This document shows, in pieces, positions 37,817-49,261 of a stretch of DNA of 64,000 nucleotides. The notes below the pieces were generated by a model. The model had not been told where the DNA came from and made no database searches. It was given only the letters and a program-made list of their open reading frames with translations. The stretch is from NCBI RefSeq assembly GCF_001194135.2, contig NC_068984.1:111525893-111589892 (forward strand), written 5' to 3'. Every line of letters starts with the position of its first letter. Position 1 is the stretch's first letter. The position numbers and the translations under genes are program-made. This stretch comes from Octopus bimaculoides (Eukaryota).

Positions 37817-38614
37817 CTGTATGCGTGCTTGCTTCTTAGTGTGCTAGTATGTATGTCTGTGATATATGTTAAATATATTTGCAGACATACTTCATTAAAT
37901 ACTCAAGTGAAATAGATTTATGTATTTATAAGTTTTACATGTTTAAGTGTACATGTATGTATGTACTTATATATATATGTGTGTGTGTGTATGTGTGTGT
38001 ATATATGTATATAAATATATATGTATATTTATATAGATATATATATATATATATGTACATGTATATATTTGCATGGTGGTATATATACATGTGTGTGTAT
38101 GTATGCATGTATATATAAGTATATACATATATACACACACATACATACATGCAATAAAATTAAATTTAGATATGAAAGAGCTAATGGAATGGAGGAAGTG
38201 GCCAGGGTTAGTTATTAATATGTCTATATGACAATCTTTGACTGCATATGTAGATGTCTAAAAATAGGTATGTGTATATGTATGTATGTATGTATGTATG
38301 TGTATGTATATATACATATATAGAGAAAGAGATAGACCTATGTGTTGGTGTACTACATATCTGTGTGTGCAAATATATATGGCGTATGTAACTATTTCAT
38401 AACTATCTATATTCATATACATATACATACAGTGTGTATATGTGTGCATTAGTGTGTGTGTGTGTGTGTATGTACATATGCTCTTTGTTTCATGATAGGT
38501 GCAGCATTTGAAATAATGGTTTTTATATTTTTTCATATCAACTCACGTTTCATGTTCAAGCGAAGATATCTAAATTTGTTTAGGATAAAAGCAAAGTCTA
38601 ATCATCTTGTTCAG

Positions 38615-38694
38615 TCAACAAACAGTGTCAGTGAGTACCAGGAATGTGACTGACAGTAATTTATGAGATATCATGAGAAATGCCATATCTGAAA
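38615..38694 (+). other. Candidate 80-bp non-coding exon
   Basis: AATCATCTTGTTCAG|T acceptor and GAAA|GTAAGT donor; stops in all three frames. Confidence 0.2.
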
Positions 38695-39811
38695 GTAAGT
38701 ATAAATTTTTGGTAGGTGAGGTAACTAAGATTTAGAGTAAGCTATGTCCTTTTGGAAAATCTATAAAGATTGATATTAAAATTATATCTAAATTTCAATG
38801 TTGATGTATTTGTAAGGTTTTGGGGATGTGGAGACAAAAACAGGGGAATTTTGTAAACAGTTATATGAATTTTTTAAACTATTTTGTATAACTCCAGAAA
38901 TAATAGTGTTACTGTATAATGATATTGGGATGATACTGATTTTTGTTTGATGTCTAAGTGCTGAAGATTTTAAGACAAGAAAGTAAAAAGTGCAGGCTGT
39001 TTCCTTCCAGATCTATGGTGTGTGTGGTACTGCTAATTTGGTGGGGAAAGGGTAGGATTTACCAGATGGATAGAAATAATTCATCTGCATAAATACACCT
39101 GATGAATATCTCTGTTTTGTAATGTAGACAATTCCCATTCCTCTTTGAATTAAGTAGGAAGTGTATTCTTTCTATTTTGCAACGACCAACTTTTCTTGCT
39201 TTGTTTACATATGACTTCGATTTTCAATGACGTTTTTAATACTTTACTCAACGTTCCAGTTTAGCATTTATCAAATTTTATTTACTAGTGATTGGAATTT
39301 GTTTTATTTGTGTCTAAAAGTGATTCATGGTTATAAAGTCTTTCTTTGAACACTCCCTTGTACATGCCAATGTATATCTTTTACTTGATTTCAACCAGCT
39401 TTGTTTGAGGTATCTTCATTTTCGCATTTTGAATGCTTGGTCAGATAAAATAGACAATAAATATGATCACAAATTTTCATACGATATAAAATTTTTAATA
39501 CTATAAACTTTATATGAAAAATCTTAAAATAGTATAACAAAACTGTTTGTTTATATACATGTATGAGAGTGAAGCTCATTTACAACCATTACATGATGTC
39601 AGAACATGAGTACACAGATACACGCAGTCACACACATGCACACACACACACACACACAAACATTTATATATGATGGCCTTCTTTTAGTTTCTGTCCCACT
39701 AAACTCACTCAGAAATAAGACACTTGACTAAAGTTCCCATGGTAGAATTGATTTTGAGGCAACATGGATGGGTAACAAGCATTTTAGCCACACATCCATT
39801 CCTTCACCTAC

Positions 39812-39852
<41 letters not shown>

Positions 39853-39854
<2 letters not shown>

Positions 39855-40452
39855 ACGTTGTAGTATATTGTCAACTTAATGTGACAATCCCAAGAAGGGA
39901 ATATACTACTGCCGTTTAGCCCTAGGAAGCTGGACCGCTTCCTGTCAGCCTTGACACAATTACTATGTCCTTAAGTTTGCGAGGGGGAGACAAACTCCTC
40001 CACCCAGCCTAGCCAGCATTCAGGGACATGTTTCTGAGCCTTTGTTCGTCATCAGCCTGAAGTAGCCTGCCAACTGGTTGAAGAAGTTTGTCTAGCTCTT
40101 GCAACTTATATAATCATAGTGAAGTTTATTCACTGATTAGCAAAATTAGAAATATTATATTTCTAAATCTCTCAGAGAGATTTAAGCAGTAGTGGTGCGA
40201 TAACGATGTAGTATATTGTCAACTTAATGTCAACTGAATGCTGGCTAGGCTGGGTGAAGGAGTTTGTCTCCCCCTCGCAAACTTAAGGACACAGTAATTG
40301 TGTCAAGGCCGACAGGAAGCGGTCCAGCTTCCTAAGGCTAAACGGCAGTAGTGTATTCCCTTCTTGGGATTGTCACATTAAGTTGACAATATACTACAAC
40401 GTTATCGCACCACTACTGCTTAAATCTCTCTGAGAGATTTAGAAATATAATA

Positions 40453-40460
<8 letters not shown>
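39853..40460 (-). mobile_element. Retrozyme/PLE-pLTR-like element: 348-nt terminally redundant monomer with one HHR, fused to an inverted 227-nt copy
   Basis: Direct repeat TAACG(T/A)TGTAGTATATTGTCAACTTAATGT at 39853 and 40201. Inverted repeats 39853-40023 with 40234-40404 (about 5 mismatches in 171) and 40145-40230 with 40375-40460 (about 1 mismatch in 86). (TA)n on both flanks. Confidence 0.85.
40019..40061 (-). ncRNA. Type I minimal hammerhead ribozyme motif (core boxes intact, weak stem II)
   Basis: Minus strand: TTCAGG-CTGATGA-CGAACAAAGGCTCA-GAAA-CATG-TC-CCTGAA. Perfect 6-bp stem I, palindromic ACATGT stem III, GUC site between 40025 and 40024. Confidence 0.8.
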
Positions 40461-40485
<25 letters not shown>

Positions 40486-40833
40486 NNNNNNNNNNNNNNN
40501 NNNNNNNNNNNNNNNNNNNNNNNNNNNNNNNNNNNNNNNNNNNNNNNNNNNNNNNNNNNNNNNNNNNNNTTTTCACCTTGTTTCAAATTGTTTCAAAAAC
40601 AATTTGAAAAACCTACACGACTAGGTGAAAAGCGCTTCATTTAATATGTGACATTAATAAAAATCTGTAAATGTACAAACATCCAGGTTTCTGAGTACCT
40701 TAATTAAAAATTTTTTTCTATATAATTTCTGTACATCACCTCCAAACCTTCAAATATATATATATATATCTATATATATATATCTATATATATATAGATA
40801 TTGGCTAAACTGGCAATATGACCATCCCCAAGT

Positions 40834-40870
<37 letters not shown>

Positions 40871-41000
40871 CTAGCAACTAAACCCGGTTTCACCCGGTCG
40901 GTTTGGATGATGTGACTGTAAAACCCTGCTCTGTGTAAGGCATGCTTACATTAAAAAACAATTTTAGAATAACTTTTTCTGTCAAAATGCTAAAAACAAC
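40871..41000 (+). mobile_element. Probable Helitron/Helentron-like element end
   Basis: ACTAGCAACTAAACCCGGTTTCACCCGGTCGG directly after (TA)n resembles ACTAG...CCCG..TTC..CCCG termini (recalled pattern). Confidence 0.35.
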
Positions 41001-41593
41001 TGATCAACAGAAAAAAAAACAACCAAGATTCAACCAAATCAAAAAATAAACCCAAATACTAAGCGAACAAAGATGAACTATCCCACTTCCATTGCATGTG
41101 CACTCACACACACACATTCACATACCCCCCTTTTACATACACACACATATATTCACACAGAGTTGAAACGCTGTATGATTTATTTTTTCAGCATACAATT
41201 TTCATCATCCTACTACCAAGTATGACATCACCCCTTCCTTTCTTATTCATCGATCTAGTATTGGACAAGGATTCAGGATTATTTTTCTTGCTTTTTTTAA
41301 CTTAATTTTTGAGAGCGGTGAGGTTCATTTTTAGTATTCTTAATTGTGAGAACAGTCAAGTTTATATCAGATATTCTCATTTTAAAAATCATCTCTGAAT
41401 AATTGTTGAGAGGAGTTGGTGTTGCCTTGGTGGAGGTTTGCCCTCTCTGAGTGCTCGTTATTATTATTATTATCACATTTTTCATTTATTCTTTTACTTT
41501 TTTTAAATCCTCTACTTCAAACACTCATATATCAAAATCAATCAGTGACCACCATCATCATTCTCCTCCTCCTCCTCCTCCTCCTCCTCCTCC

Positions 41594-41624
<31 letters not shown>

Positions 41625-41637
41625 TATTGTTGTTGTA

Positions 41638-41673
<36 letters not shown>

Positions 41674-41844
41674 GTTATTATTGTTATTATTATTATAGTT
41701 GTTATTATTGTTATTATTATTATTATTATTATTATAGTTATTATTATTGTTATTATTATTATTATTATTATAATTGTTATTACTATTATTGTTATTATTA
41801 TTATTGTTGTTATTATTATTATTATTCTCATCGTTATTAAGGTG

Positions 41845-41960
41845 GTGAGCTGGCAGAATTGTTAACATGCCAGGCAAAATGCTTTGAGGCATTTCGTCTG
41901 TCTTTACGTTCTGAGTTCAAACCCCACTGAAGTCAACTTTACTTTTCATCCTTTTGGATA
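41845..41960 (+). mobile_element. SINE family S1 head
   Basis: AAGGTGGTGAGCTGGCAGAATTGTTAAC...GAGTTCAAACCCC. Confidence 0.8.
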
Positions 41961-41999
41961 AGATTTAGTCTCTGGAGGAGAGACACTGCTCATAAACTT

Positions 42000-42360
42000 T
42001 ACAAAAGCCCGTCTCCAAGATTGGTGACGAAACAGAGGAAGTACAAATCTTTGGTTGCTTCTAATCACTGCATTGATGGTAAAAAAATTAGCCTTGATAA
42101 AACTCAGCAGCTATGGATGGGCCTGGTAGCATATGAAACAGTCTACAGAGGAGAAATTCTGGGAATAAAATCCTTGTCATATCTATTAGTGGACTCCCAC
42201 AGGAACAAAATGAAAAGGGAGAATTAATGAAAATAATCAGAGCTCCATGCAGGGAAGATGCAATGGGAAGCAAAGCCTCAAGATATCTATCATTCTTGAA
42301 TAAAGAACAGATCTCAAACATTGTATGGATTCTTGAGTGGGTATTTCTAAAGGCATTCAA
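42000..42360 (+). pseudogene. Possible highly degraded LINE (RTE-like) 3' fragment
   Basis: WTPTGTK*KGR resembles the WxPxGxRxRGR motif near RTE C-termini; otherwise heavily decayed. Confidence 0.3.
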
Positions 42361-43199
42361 GATTTAGATGGTGATGGTGGTGGTGGTGATCATATTGGTG
42401 GTGATTGTGTTGGTGGTCCTGGTAGCAATGCTGGTCATGCGGATGGTCGTGGTGGTGGTCATGACGGTCCTTATGGTCATCATGATGTTAGTGGTGGTGA
42501 GGTGATGACAGTCATTATGGTTGTCATGGTGTTGGTGTGGTTGTGGTGTTGGTGGTGGTGGTGGTGGTGGCGTCAGCGTCGGTGATGGTGGTGGTGGCAG
42601 CGNNNNNNNNNNNNNNNNNNNNNNNNNNNNNNNNNNNNNNNNNNNNNNNNNNNNNNNNNNNNNNNNNNNNNNNNNNNNNNNNNNNNNNNNNNNNNNNNNN
42701 NNNNNNNNNNNNNNNNNNNNNNNNNNNNNNNNNNNNNTGGTGGTGGTGTCAGCGTCGGTGATGGTGGTGGTGGTAGCAGCGGCGATGGTGGCGGCAGCGG
42801 TGGTAGTGGTGGCAGCAGAGGTGGTGGTGGTGGTGGTCATGCTTGTGATAGTGTTGAGGGATGATGATGAAGTGGTAGCAGTCATTGAGGTTGTGTTGGT
42901 GTTGCTGTTCTTGGTGGTAGTGGTGGTGGTCGTGGTGGTAGTGGTGAAGTGGTCTTCACAGTGGTGTTGATTGTAGTAGTCATGGTGGTTGTGGTCATGA
43001 TTATAATCATCACAATCATCATGGTTGTGGTAGTGGTGGTTGCAGTGGTGATGGTGGTAATGGTGATGGTCATTGCATTGGTGTTAGTGGTGATGTTAAA
43101 CTAAGAATCAGAGTAAAAGCTCATTAGCATCATTCCTTATAACATCCTCTTAACGAATTGCCTTCTCTCTAATTGAGCTTTCTAATTTATAAGTGTAAA

Positions 43200-43490
43200 G
43201 CTGGTAATTTAGAAGGGTGGGGCTTAGTTAATACTATCAACCCTAGTAAATGACTGGTACTTTATTCTGGTATCTAAATTAGACACAAGACAAGAAATAT
43301 TATGCCGCTGGGGCACAACCAAGGGCTCATTGATTACATTGGTTAACTGGTACCTTATTTTTTTGACCCTTGGAAGGATGGAAGGCAAGGTTTATCCCTG
43401 CGGGATTTGAACTCAGAATGTAGAGAGGCAGAAAAAATACCACAATGCACTTTTACTGTTTCTCTAATAATTCTGCAACTCATTGCCATG
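43200..43490 (-). mobile_element. Degraded SINE family S1 copies
   Basis: GACCCTTGGAAGGATGGAAGGCAAGG...GGATTTGAACTCAGAATG. Confidence 0.7.
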
Positions 43491-44705
43491 TAGTGTTCTT
43501 CTAATGACATTGATATGATTAATTACTTTATTACAAACCCTGCTCAAATCAGATGTGTCTGCAGCTAGCCATGTGATGACCTCACTTGTTCTTAGAGGTC
43601 ACCTAAAAGTCCTGCAAAGACCTCAAAAAACTCAAACAAAAAAAAAATAATAATATAATGATAATAAACAAAAGAAAGGAAGTTCCGGGAAGGATATCCA
43701 GCAAGAACTTAGCACACCTTATTGTTAGAAATAAGGAATGATTAAGTCCTAAAAGAGACAATCATTGGTTGCATGTTAATCTCAACCAAAATGGAAAATT
43801 GTAATTGATTCTTGCCAACTTTGACCATTAATGAATCTCCGTGAATTCTTCTGATTATTATCTTCGGTTGTACGCATAAATATAGTATAAGCAAAGTAGA
43901 TAAATATATAAATAAATAAATAAATAAATAAATAAATACATAAACAATCTCTTTACTCCTATGCTTTACACATTCATCTCAGCCTCTGCTCTGCCGTCTC
44001 AGCCACCACCTTAAGCGTTACTCCCACCAATCCATTCTATCACAGTTATTACCACTGTTGCTTCCTTTCACCACCACCACTACTACCACCACCATCACCA
44101 TTGCATCGCCTCTGCTACCACCATTGTTACCAACAGCTCTGCTGCCACTGCCACCACCACTGCCAGCGCCTCTGTCACCACCACTACCTCTACTGCAACA
44201 ATGCACTGCTATCTCCTAGGACATTCCTGCCGGAATAACTGAGCTAAGCCAGACTATCAACAACAACAAAAACAACAACAACAATGAAAACAAACAATGG
44301 CAAGAACAAAACGGTGGCAAAGGAGGGTGGTTGGAGGGAATGGGCGGCTCGAAAATCAGAAGTTAGCAAAAATAAAAAAAAAATAAAAAATAAAAATAAT
44401 GATAAAAATAAATGCAATAAGCAGAAAAAAGAGAAAAAGATAAAGATAGCGGAAAGTAAAACTGAGAAGGCTACTTGGAGAAGTAGGTCAATAATCATAA
44501 CAACATCCCAGAAACTGGACAGACAGGAGAACGTTGTTCTATGGATCGTATTGATCCAGGCTGGTACCACTACTGCTGCTGCTACTACTACTACTACTGC
44601 TATTCCTGCTACTACTACTACTACTAATAATAATGATAATAATAATAATAATAATAATAATAGTAATGATAATAATAATAATGATAATAATTTCTACTAT
44701 AAGCA

Positions 44706-44901
44706 CAAGGCCTGAAATTTGGGGGGAGGGGGCTAGTCGATTAGATTGACCCCAGTACACAAACTGGTTCTTAATTTATCGACCCTGAAAGGATGAAAGG
44801 CAAAGTCAACCCCGGCAGAATTTGAACTCAGAGTGTAGCGACGGGCAAAATACCGCTAAGCATTTCGTCCAGCATGCTAATGATTCTGCCACCTCACAGC
44901 C

Positions 44902-44905
<4 letters not shown>
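44706..44905 (-). mobile_element. SINE family S1, flanked by (AAT)n
   Basis: Near-consensus reverse complement of the S1 copy at about 46690-46870. Confidence 0.9.
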
Positions 44906-44939
<34 letters not shown>

Positions 44940-44943
<4 letters not shown>

Positions 44944-45479
44944 GCCCTGATGCAGTACCAGGCAGTGACTCTCATGGCTTCTGATCTTAATTGTTTGGAA
45001 GTGTTATCTTGTACATTGTTTTGTCTTGGTATAAAAAATGGGCTACAACAAATATTCAGCTCAATACCACAGATAAACAGTGCATGACCTCACAGGTGGG
45101 GCCCAATTAGAATTTTCTCCAGGTCGAGTAGCCCATCCCACTCAAAAGGTCCCTGAGTAAGGTTTGTTTAGGGATGTTGAATGAAACACCCATGTTTCCA
45201 GAGGTGAATTATTGAAATCTCATAGAATTCCTCTGAATATATGACTATGATGCTCCCCCACTACTTCTGCTCTTGATCAAAGATGCACATATTGTCAGCC
45301 ACCAAGGGACATGCTCAACCAGTTAAGGTCAAACAACTGACAAGCAAATCTCTGGTATTGAGCAGAATATTTGCTGCAGCCCATCTTTTTATACCAAGAC
45401 AAAACAATGTACATGATAACACTTCCAATCAATTAAGATCAGAAGCCATGAAAGCCACTGCCTGGTACTGCATCCGGGC

Positions 45480-45483
<4 letters not shown>
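44940..45483. mobile_element. (AAT)n-flanked repeat of about 550 bp whose 5' end is replaced by an inverted copy of its 3' end; non-inverted copies at 48315-48780 and 49262-49820
   Basis: 44940-45073 pairs with 45348-45483 (AAATGCCCTGATGCAGTACCAGGCAGTG with CACTGCCTGGTACTGCATCCGGGCATTT). Confidence 0.85.
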
Positions 45484-45516
<33 letters not shown>

Positions 45517-45519
45517 TAA

Positions 45520-46000
45520 AGTTTATGCCACAAGCGCTGCTTGGGGGAGATGGGGATGTGTCAATTACATCGACCCCAGTGTTCCACTGGTACTTATTTT
45601 ATTGATTCTGAAAGGATGAAAGGTAAAGTCTACCTCAGTGGAATTTGAACTCAGAATGTAGCAATGGACAAAATACCACAAAGCATTTCATCCAGCATAC
45701 TAATGATATTATTATCCTATAGTAGAAAGGATAATAATAATAATCCTTTCTACTATAGGCACAAGGCCTGAGATTTTGGGAGAGTGGGTGAGTCGATTAC
45801 ATCGACCCCAGTATTTCACTGGTACTTATTCTATCAACCCTGAAAGGATGAAAGGCAAAGTGAATTTGAACTCAGAAGTGAATTTGAACTCAGAAGTGAA
45901 TTTGAACTCAGAAGTGAATTTGAACTCAGAATGTTCTGACAGGCAAAATACCACTTAACATTTCGTTTAGTGTACTAATGATTCTGCTGGCTCACCACCT
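45520..46000 (-). mobile_element. Two tandem S1 SINE copies; the second has a 4x amplified B-box segment
   Basis: (AGTGAATTTGAACTCAGA)x4 at 45859-45930. Confidence 0.9.
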
Positions 46001-46384
46001 AATAATAATAATAATGTTGATAATAATAACAAGAGCACTCAGAAAGTGCAAATCTCTGCCAACATCCTCTTAATGATTAGCCAGAGATGATTTTTAAAAC
46101 AAGAATATCTGAAATAAAAACTCGACTGCTCTCACAAACGAGAATACTAAAAATGAACCTGACTGCTCTCAAAAATTGATTAGAAAAAAACAGAAAAATA
46201 ATCCAGAATCTTTGTCCGGTACTGGATCGATCCCAAAATCTAATCAGTTCATGCCAGTCATGAATCCATTCAGTGGTTCTTGAGATATCTTGTCCACGGA
46301 CAAGCAAACAAATGTGACTGAAAAACAATACCTCCGCCTTCGTTAAGGCAGAGGTAATAATCATGATGATAATAATATAGTTAT

Positions 46385-47070
46385 TAAGGTGGCAAAATGG
46401 TGTAATATTTAGCGCACTGGACAAAATACCTAGCAGTATTTCATCAGTCTTCACATTCTAAATTTCAATCGTTCTGAGGTTGACTTATCCTTAGTATTTT
46501 GTCTGCCATTATGTTCTGAGTTCAAATTCCGCCGAGGTCGACTTTGTCTTTCGTTCTTTCGGGGTCGATAAATTAAGTACCAATTACGCACTGGGGTCAA
46601 TGTAATCGATTTAATCCCTTTGTTTGTCCTTGTTTGTCCCCTCTACGTTTAGCCCCTTGTGGGCAATAAAGAAATAAGAAATTTTAGCATGCTGGATGAA
46701 ATGCTTAGCGATATTTTGCCCGTCACTACGTTCTGAGTTCAAATTCCACCGAGGTCAACTTTGCCTTTCATCCTTTCAGGTCGATACATTAAGTACCAGT
46801 TGCGTACTGGGGTCGATCTAATCAACTGGCCTTCTCCTCCAAAATTTTGGGCCTTGCTCCTAGAGTAGAAAAGAATCGTGAGCATGTTGGACGAAATGCT
46901 TAGAGGTATTCTGCCTGTCACTACATTCCGAGTCCAAATTCCACCGAGGTCAACTTTACCTTTCATCCTTTTGGGGTCGATAAAATAAGTACCAGTGAAA
47001 CACTGGGGTTGATGCAATCGACTAGCCCTGCTCCCCCAAAATCTCAGGCCTTGTGCCTTTAGTAGAAAGG
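46385..47070 (+). mobile_element. Head-to-tail array of about four S1 SINE units
   Basis: TTCTGAGTTCAAATTCC...GAGGTC.ACTTTG recurs at about 46513, 46732 and 46926, with a degraded unit at about 46390. Confidence 0.9.
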
Positions 47071-47773
47071 ATCATCATATCATTTACTTTTATAACAGTT
47101 ATTACTACTACCACCACCACCACCACTGCTACTTAATACGATTCCTACTTCTACAACTACTACAATCACCAACAAGTCACTGCCACTGCCACCATCACCA
47201 CCAACACCACCACCAACAACACCATTACTACTACTTCTACTGCTACTACTACTGCTGCTACTACTATTACTGCTGCCACTGTTATTGCTACTACTACTAC
47301 TACTACTACTACTCACCATTGGTTCTGTTGCTACTACTGTTATTGCTACTACTACTACTACTACTACTACTCACCATTGGTGCTGCTGCTGCTGCTACTA
47401 CTACTACTACTACTACTTACCATTGCTGCTGCTGCTGCTACTACTACTCACCATTGCTAAAAGATCCTCAGATGGAGTGGCTGGATTTTATAGACAATTT
47501 TCTAATTTTCCTATATATTTATCTATTTTTGTTTTTTATAATTTTTCTTTCAATCAGTATTTTTGTTGTTGTTATTGCTGCTGCTGTTATTGGTGGTGGT
47601 GGTGGTGGCGGTGGTAATGGTGCTAATGTGCTTTTATTTTTTTAGTTTTGTTATCGTTTCGCTAAAAAACAGATTTAGTGAAGATAGAATGATTTTGTTG
47701 CTAGGTTGTAATCATCATCATCATCCTCAGCACAACACCACCATTAATAATTAATTATTATTATTATTACTTT

Positions 47774-47911
47774 TTTTATCGACCTCAAAAGGATGATAGA
47801 CAAAGTCAACCTCGGTGGAATTTGAACTCAGAAAGTAAAGATGGATGAACATTCTGAGTTCAAATTCCACCAAGGTTGACTTTGCCTTTCATCCTTTCAG
47901 GATCAATAAAA
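47774..47911. repeat. Head-to-head S1 SINE fragments forming a hairpin with arms of about 60 bp
   Basis: 47774-47833 pairs with 47852-47911; 18-nt loop. Confidence 0.85.
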
Positions 47912-48019
47912 TAAGTACCATTTGAACACTGGGGTCAATGTAATTGAGTGTCATCCCACCCTTAAATTTAAGGCCTTATGCCTTCAATAGACAGGATTGT
48001 TATTATTATTATTATTATT

Positions 48020-48240
48020 ATTTGATGAAAACTCTCAGCTTATTTTCCTGGATATGATGGAAAGTGTCAGCTGTCCACAGTGAACAGACTAAGGGGACAC
48101 TTGTTTATGGTTATACTTTAAGAACCTTGCAAAGAATTCTTGCAATTCCAAACAATGTTGATTTTTGCAGGTCTTCTATCTTTATATTTGTACCAATCGT
48201 TTTGAATCATGTTGGTAGTTGAGTGCTGATTCCTTGCCAG
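48020..48240 (-). pseudogene. 3' end of an R4/Dong-like RLE non-LTR element with (TAA)n tail
   Basis: Minus strand: GTNIKIEDLQKSTLFGIARILCKVLKV* (cf. LQKxALLGTARILRKVL), short UTR, then (AAT)n. Confidence 0.7.
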
Positions 48241-48275
48241 CCTCCTCCTCCTCCTTCTTCTTCTTCTTCTTCTTC

Positions 48276-48314
<39 letters not shown>

Positions 48315-48316
<2 letters not shown>

Positions 48317-48780
48317 GAGTGAGTGAGTTGTGCATGCCATCAAAGAGACAATGGGTAAAATATACGAAGCCCAATATACCCATTATGACTATCCGTCTGA
48401 TAAGGATACACCAGGCACATGCATCACAACCATATGTGTGCGACATGGTGATCTTATATCAAGATAACCAGCACATGACCTTGCAGGTGGGGCCCAGTTA
48501 GAATTTTCTTCAGGTCATGTAGCCCATCTCACTCAAATGGTCCTTCAATAAGGGTTGCTTAAGGATGTTTATCAAAACACCCATGTTTCCAAACGTGATT
48601 TATTGAAACTCCAAAGGATTCCTCTCCATACATGGCTATGATGCTTCTCTACAACTTCTGTTTGTGATCAGAGATGCACATATTGTCAGCCACTAAGAGA
48701 CATGCCCATCTGGTTAAGGTCAAACAACTGACAAGCAAATCTGTGGTGTTGAGCAGAATATTTACTGTAGCCCATATTGT
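48315..48780 (+). mobile_element. ATT-flanked repeat family (as at 44940 and 49262), 3'-truncated
   Basis: GAGTGAG...TGCATGCCATCAAAG...CACCAGGCACATGCATCACAACCATATGTG. Confidence 0.85.
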
Positions 48781-48996
48781 AATTATATTTCACTTCTTAG
48801 AGTTCTCGGTCTTACTTGCTCTGATCGATTCTGTGAGAACAGACAGCAACCTGTTGTCAGATGTCTCACAGTGTTTTCTTTCCACAAATTATAAGACTTG
48901 GCACTTGTATGTTAACTATCATGGAAGATGTTCAATACCCAATCACCAATCTCGAGTTATTATTATTATTATTATTATCATTATTATTATCATTTA

Positions 48997-49240
48997 TGGT
49001 TTCCTTTCATTATAGCTTTATTTCAGCTACCTTAGTACCGGGAATCCTCCAGAGGCCAAGAGTAGCAAGGGCATTTTTGTTTTGCTATGCATGCTAAAAT
49101 TGTCACCACATTTATTCCATTTTAGATGGAGAGTGCTTTCCATATTATATGGGTTCTTCCCATTAAGGTTATCATTTTGTAGTTTACAGAGATTAGAGTT
49201 ACCAGGGAGTTGCTTAATATTTTTCCCTATTATTATTATT
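48997..49240 (-). mobile_element. Module of about 240 bp also at 50667-50875; possible 5' end of the Dong-like element
   Basis: TTTATGGTTTC.TTTCATTATA.CTTTATTTCAGCT.CCTTAGTACC...CCAGAGGCCAAGAGTAGCAAGGGCA occurs twice, each time between ATT tracts. Confidence 0.6.
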
Positions 49241-49261
49241 GTTATTATTATTATTATTACT

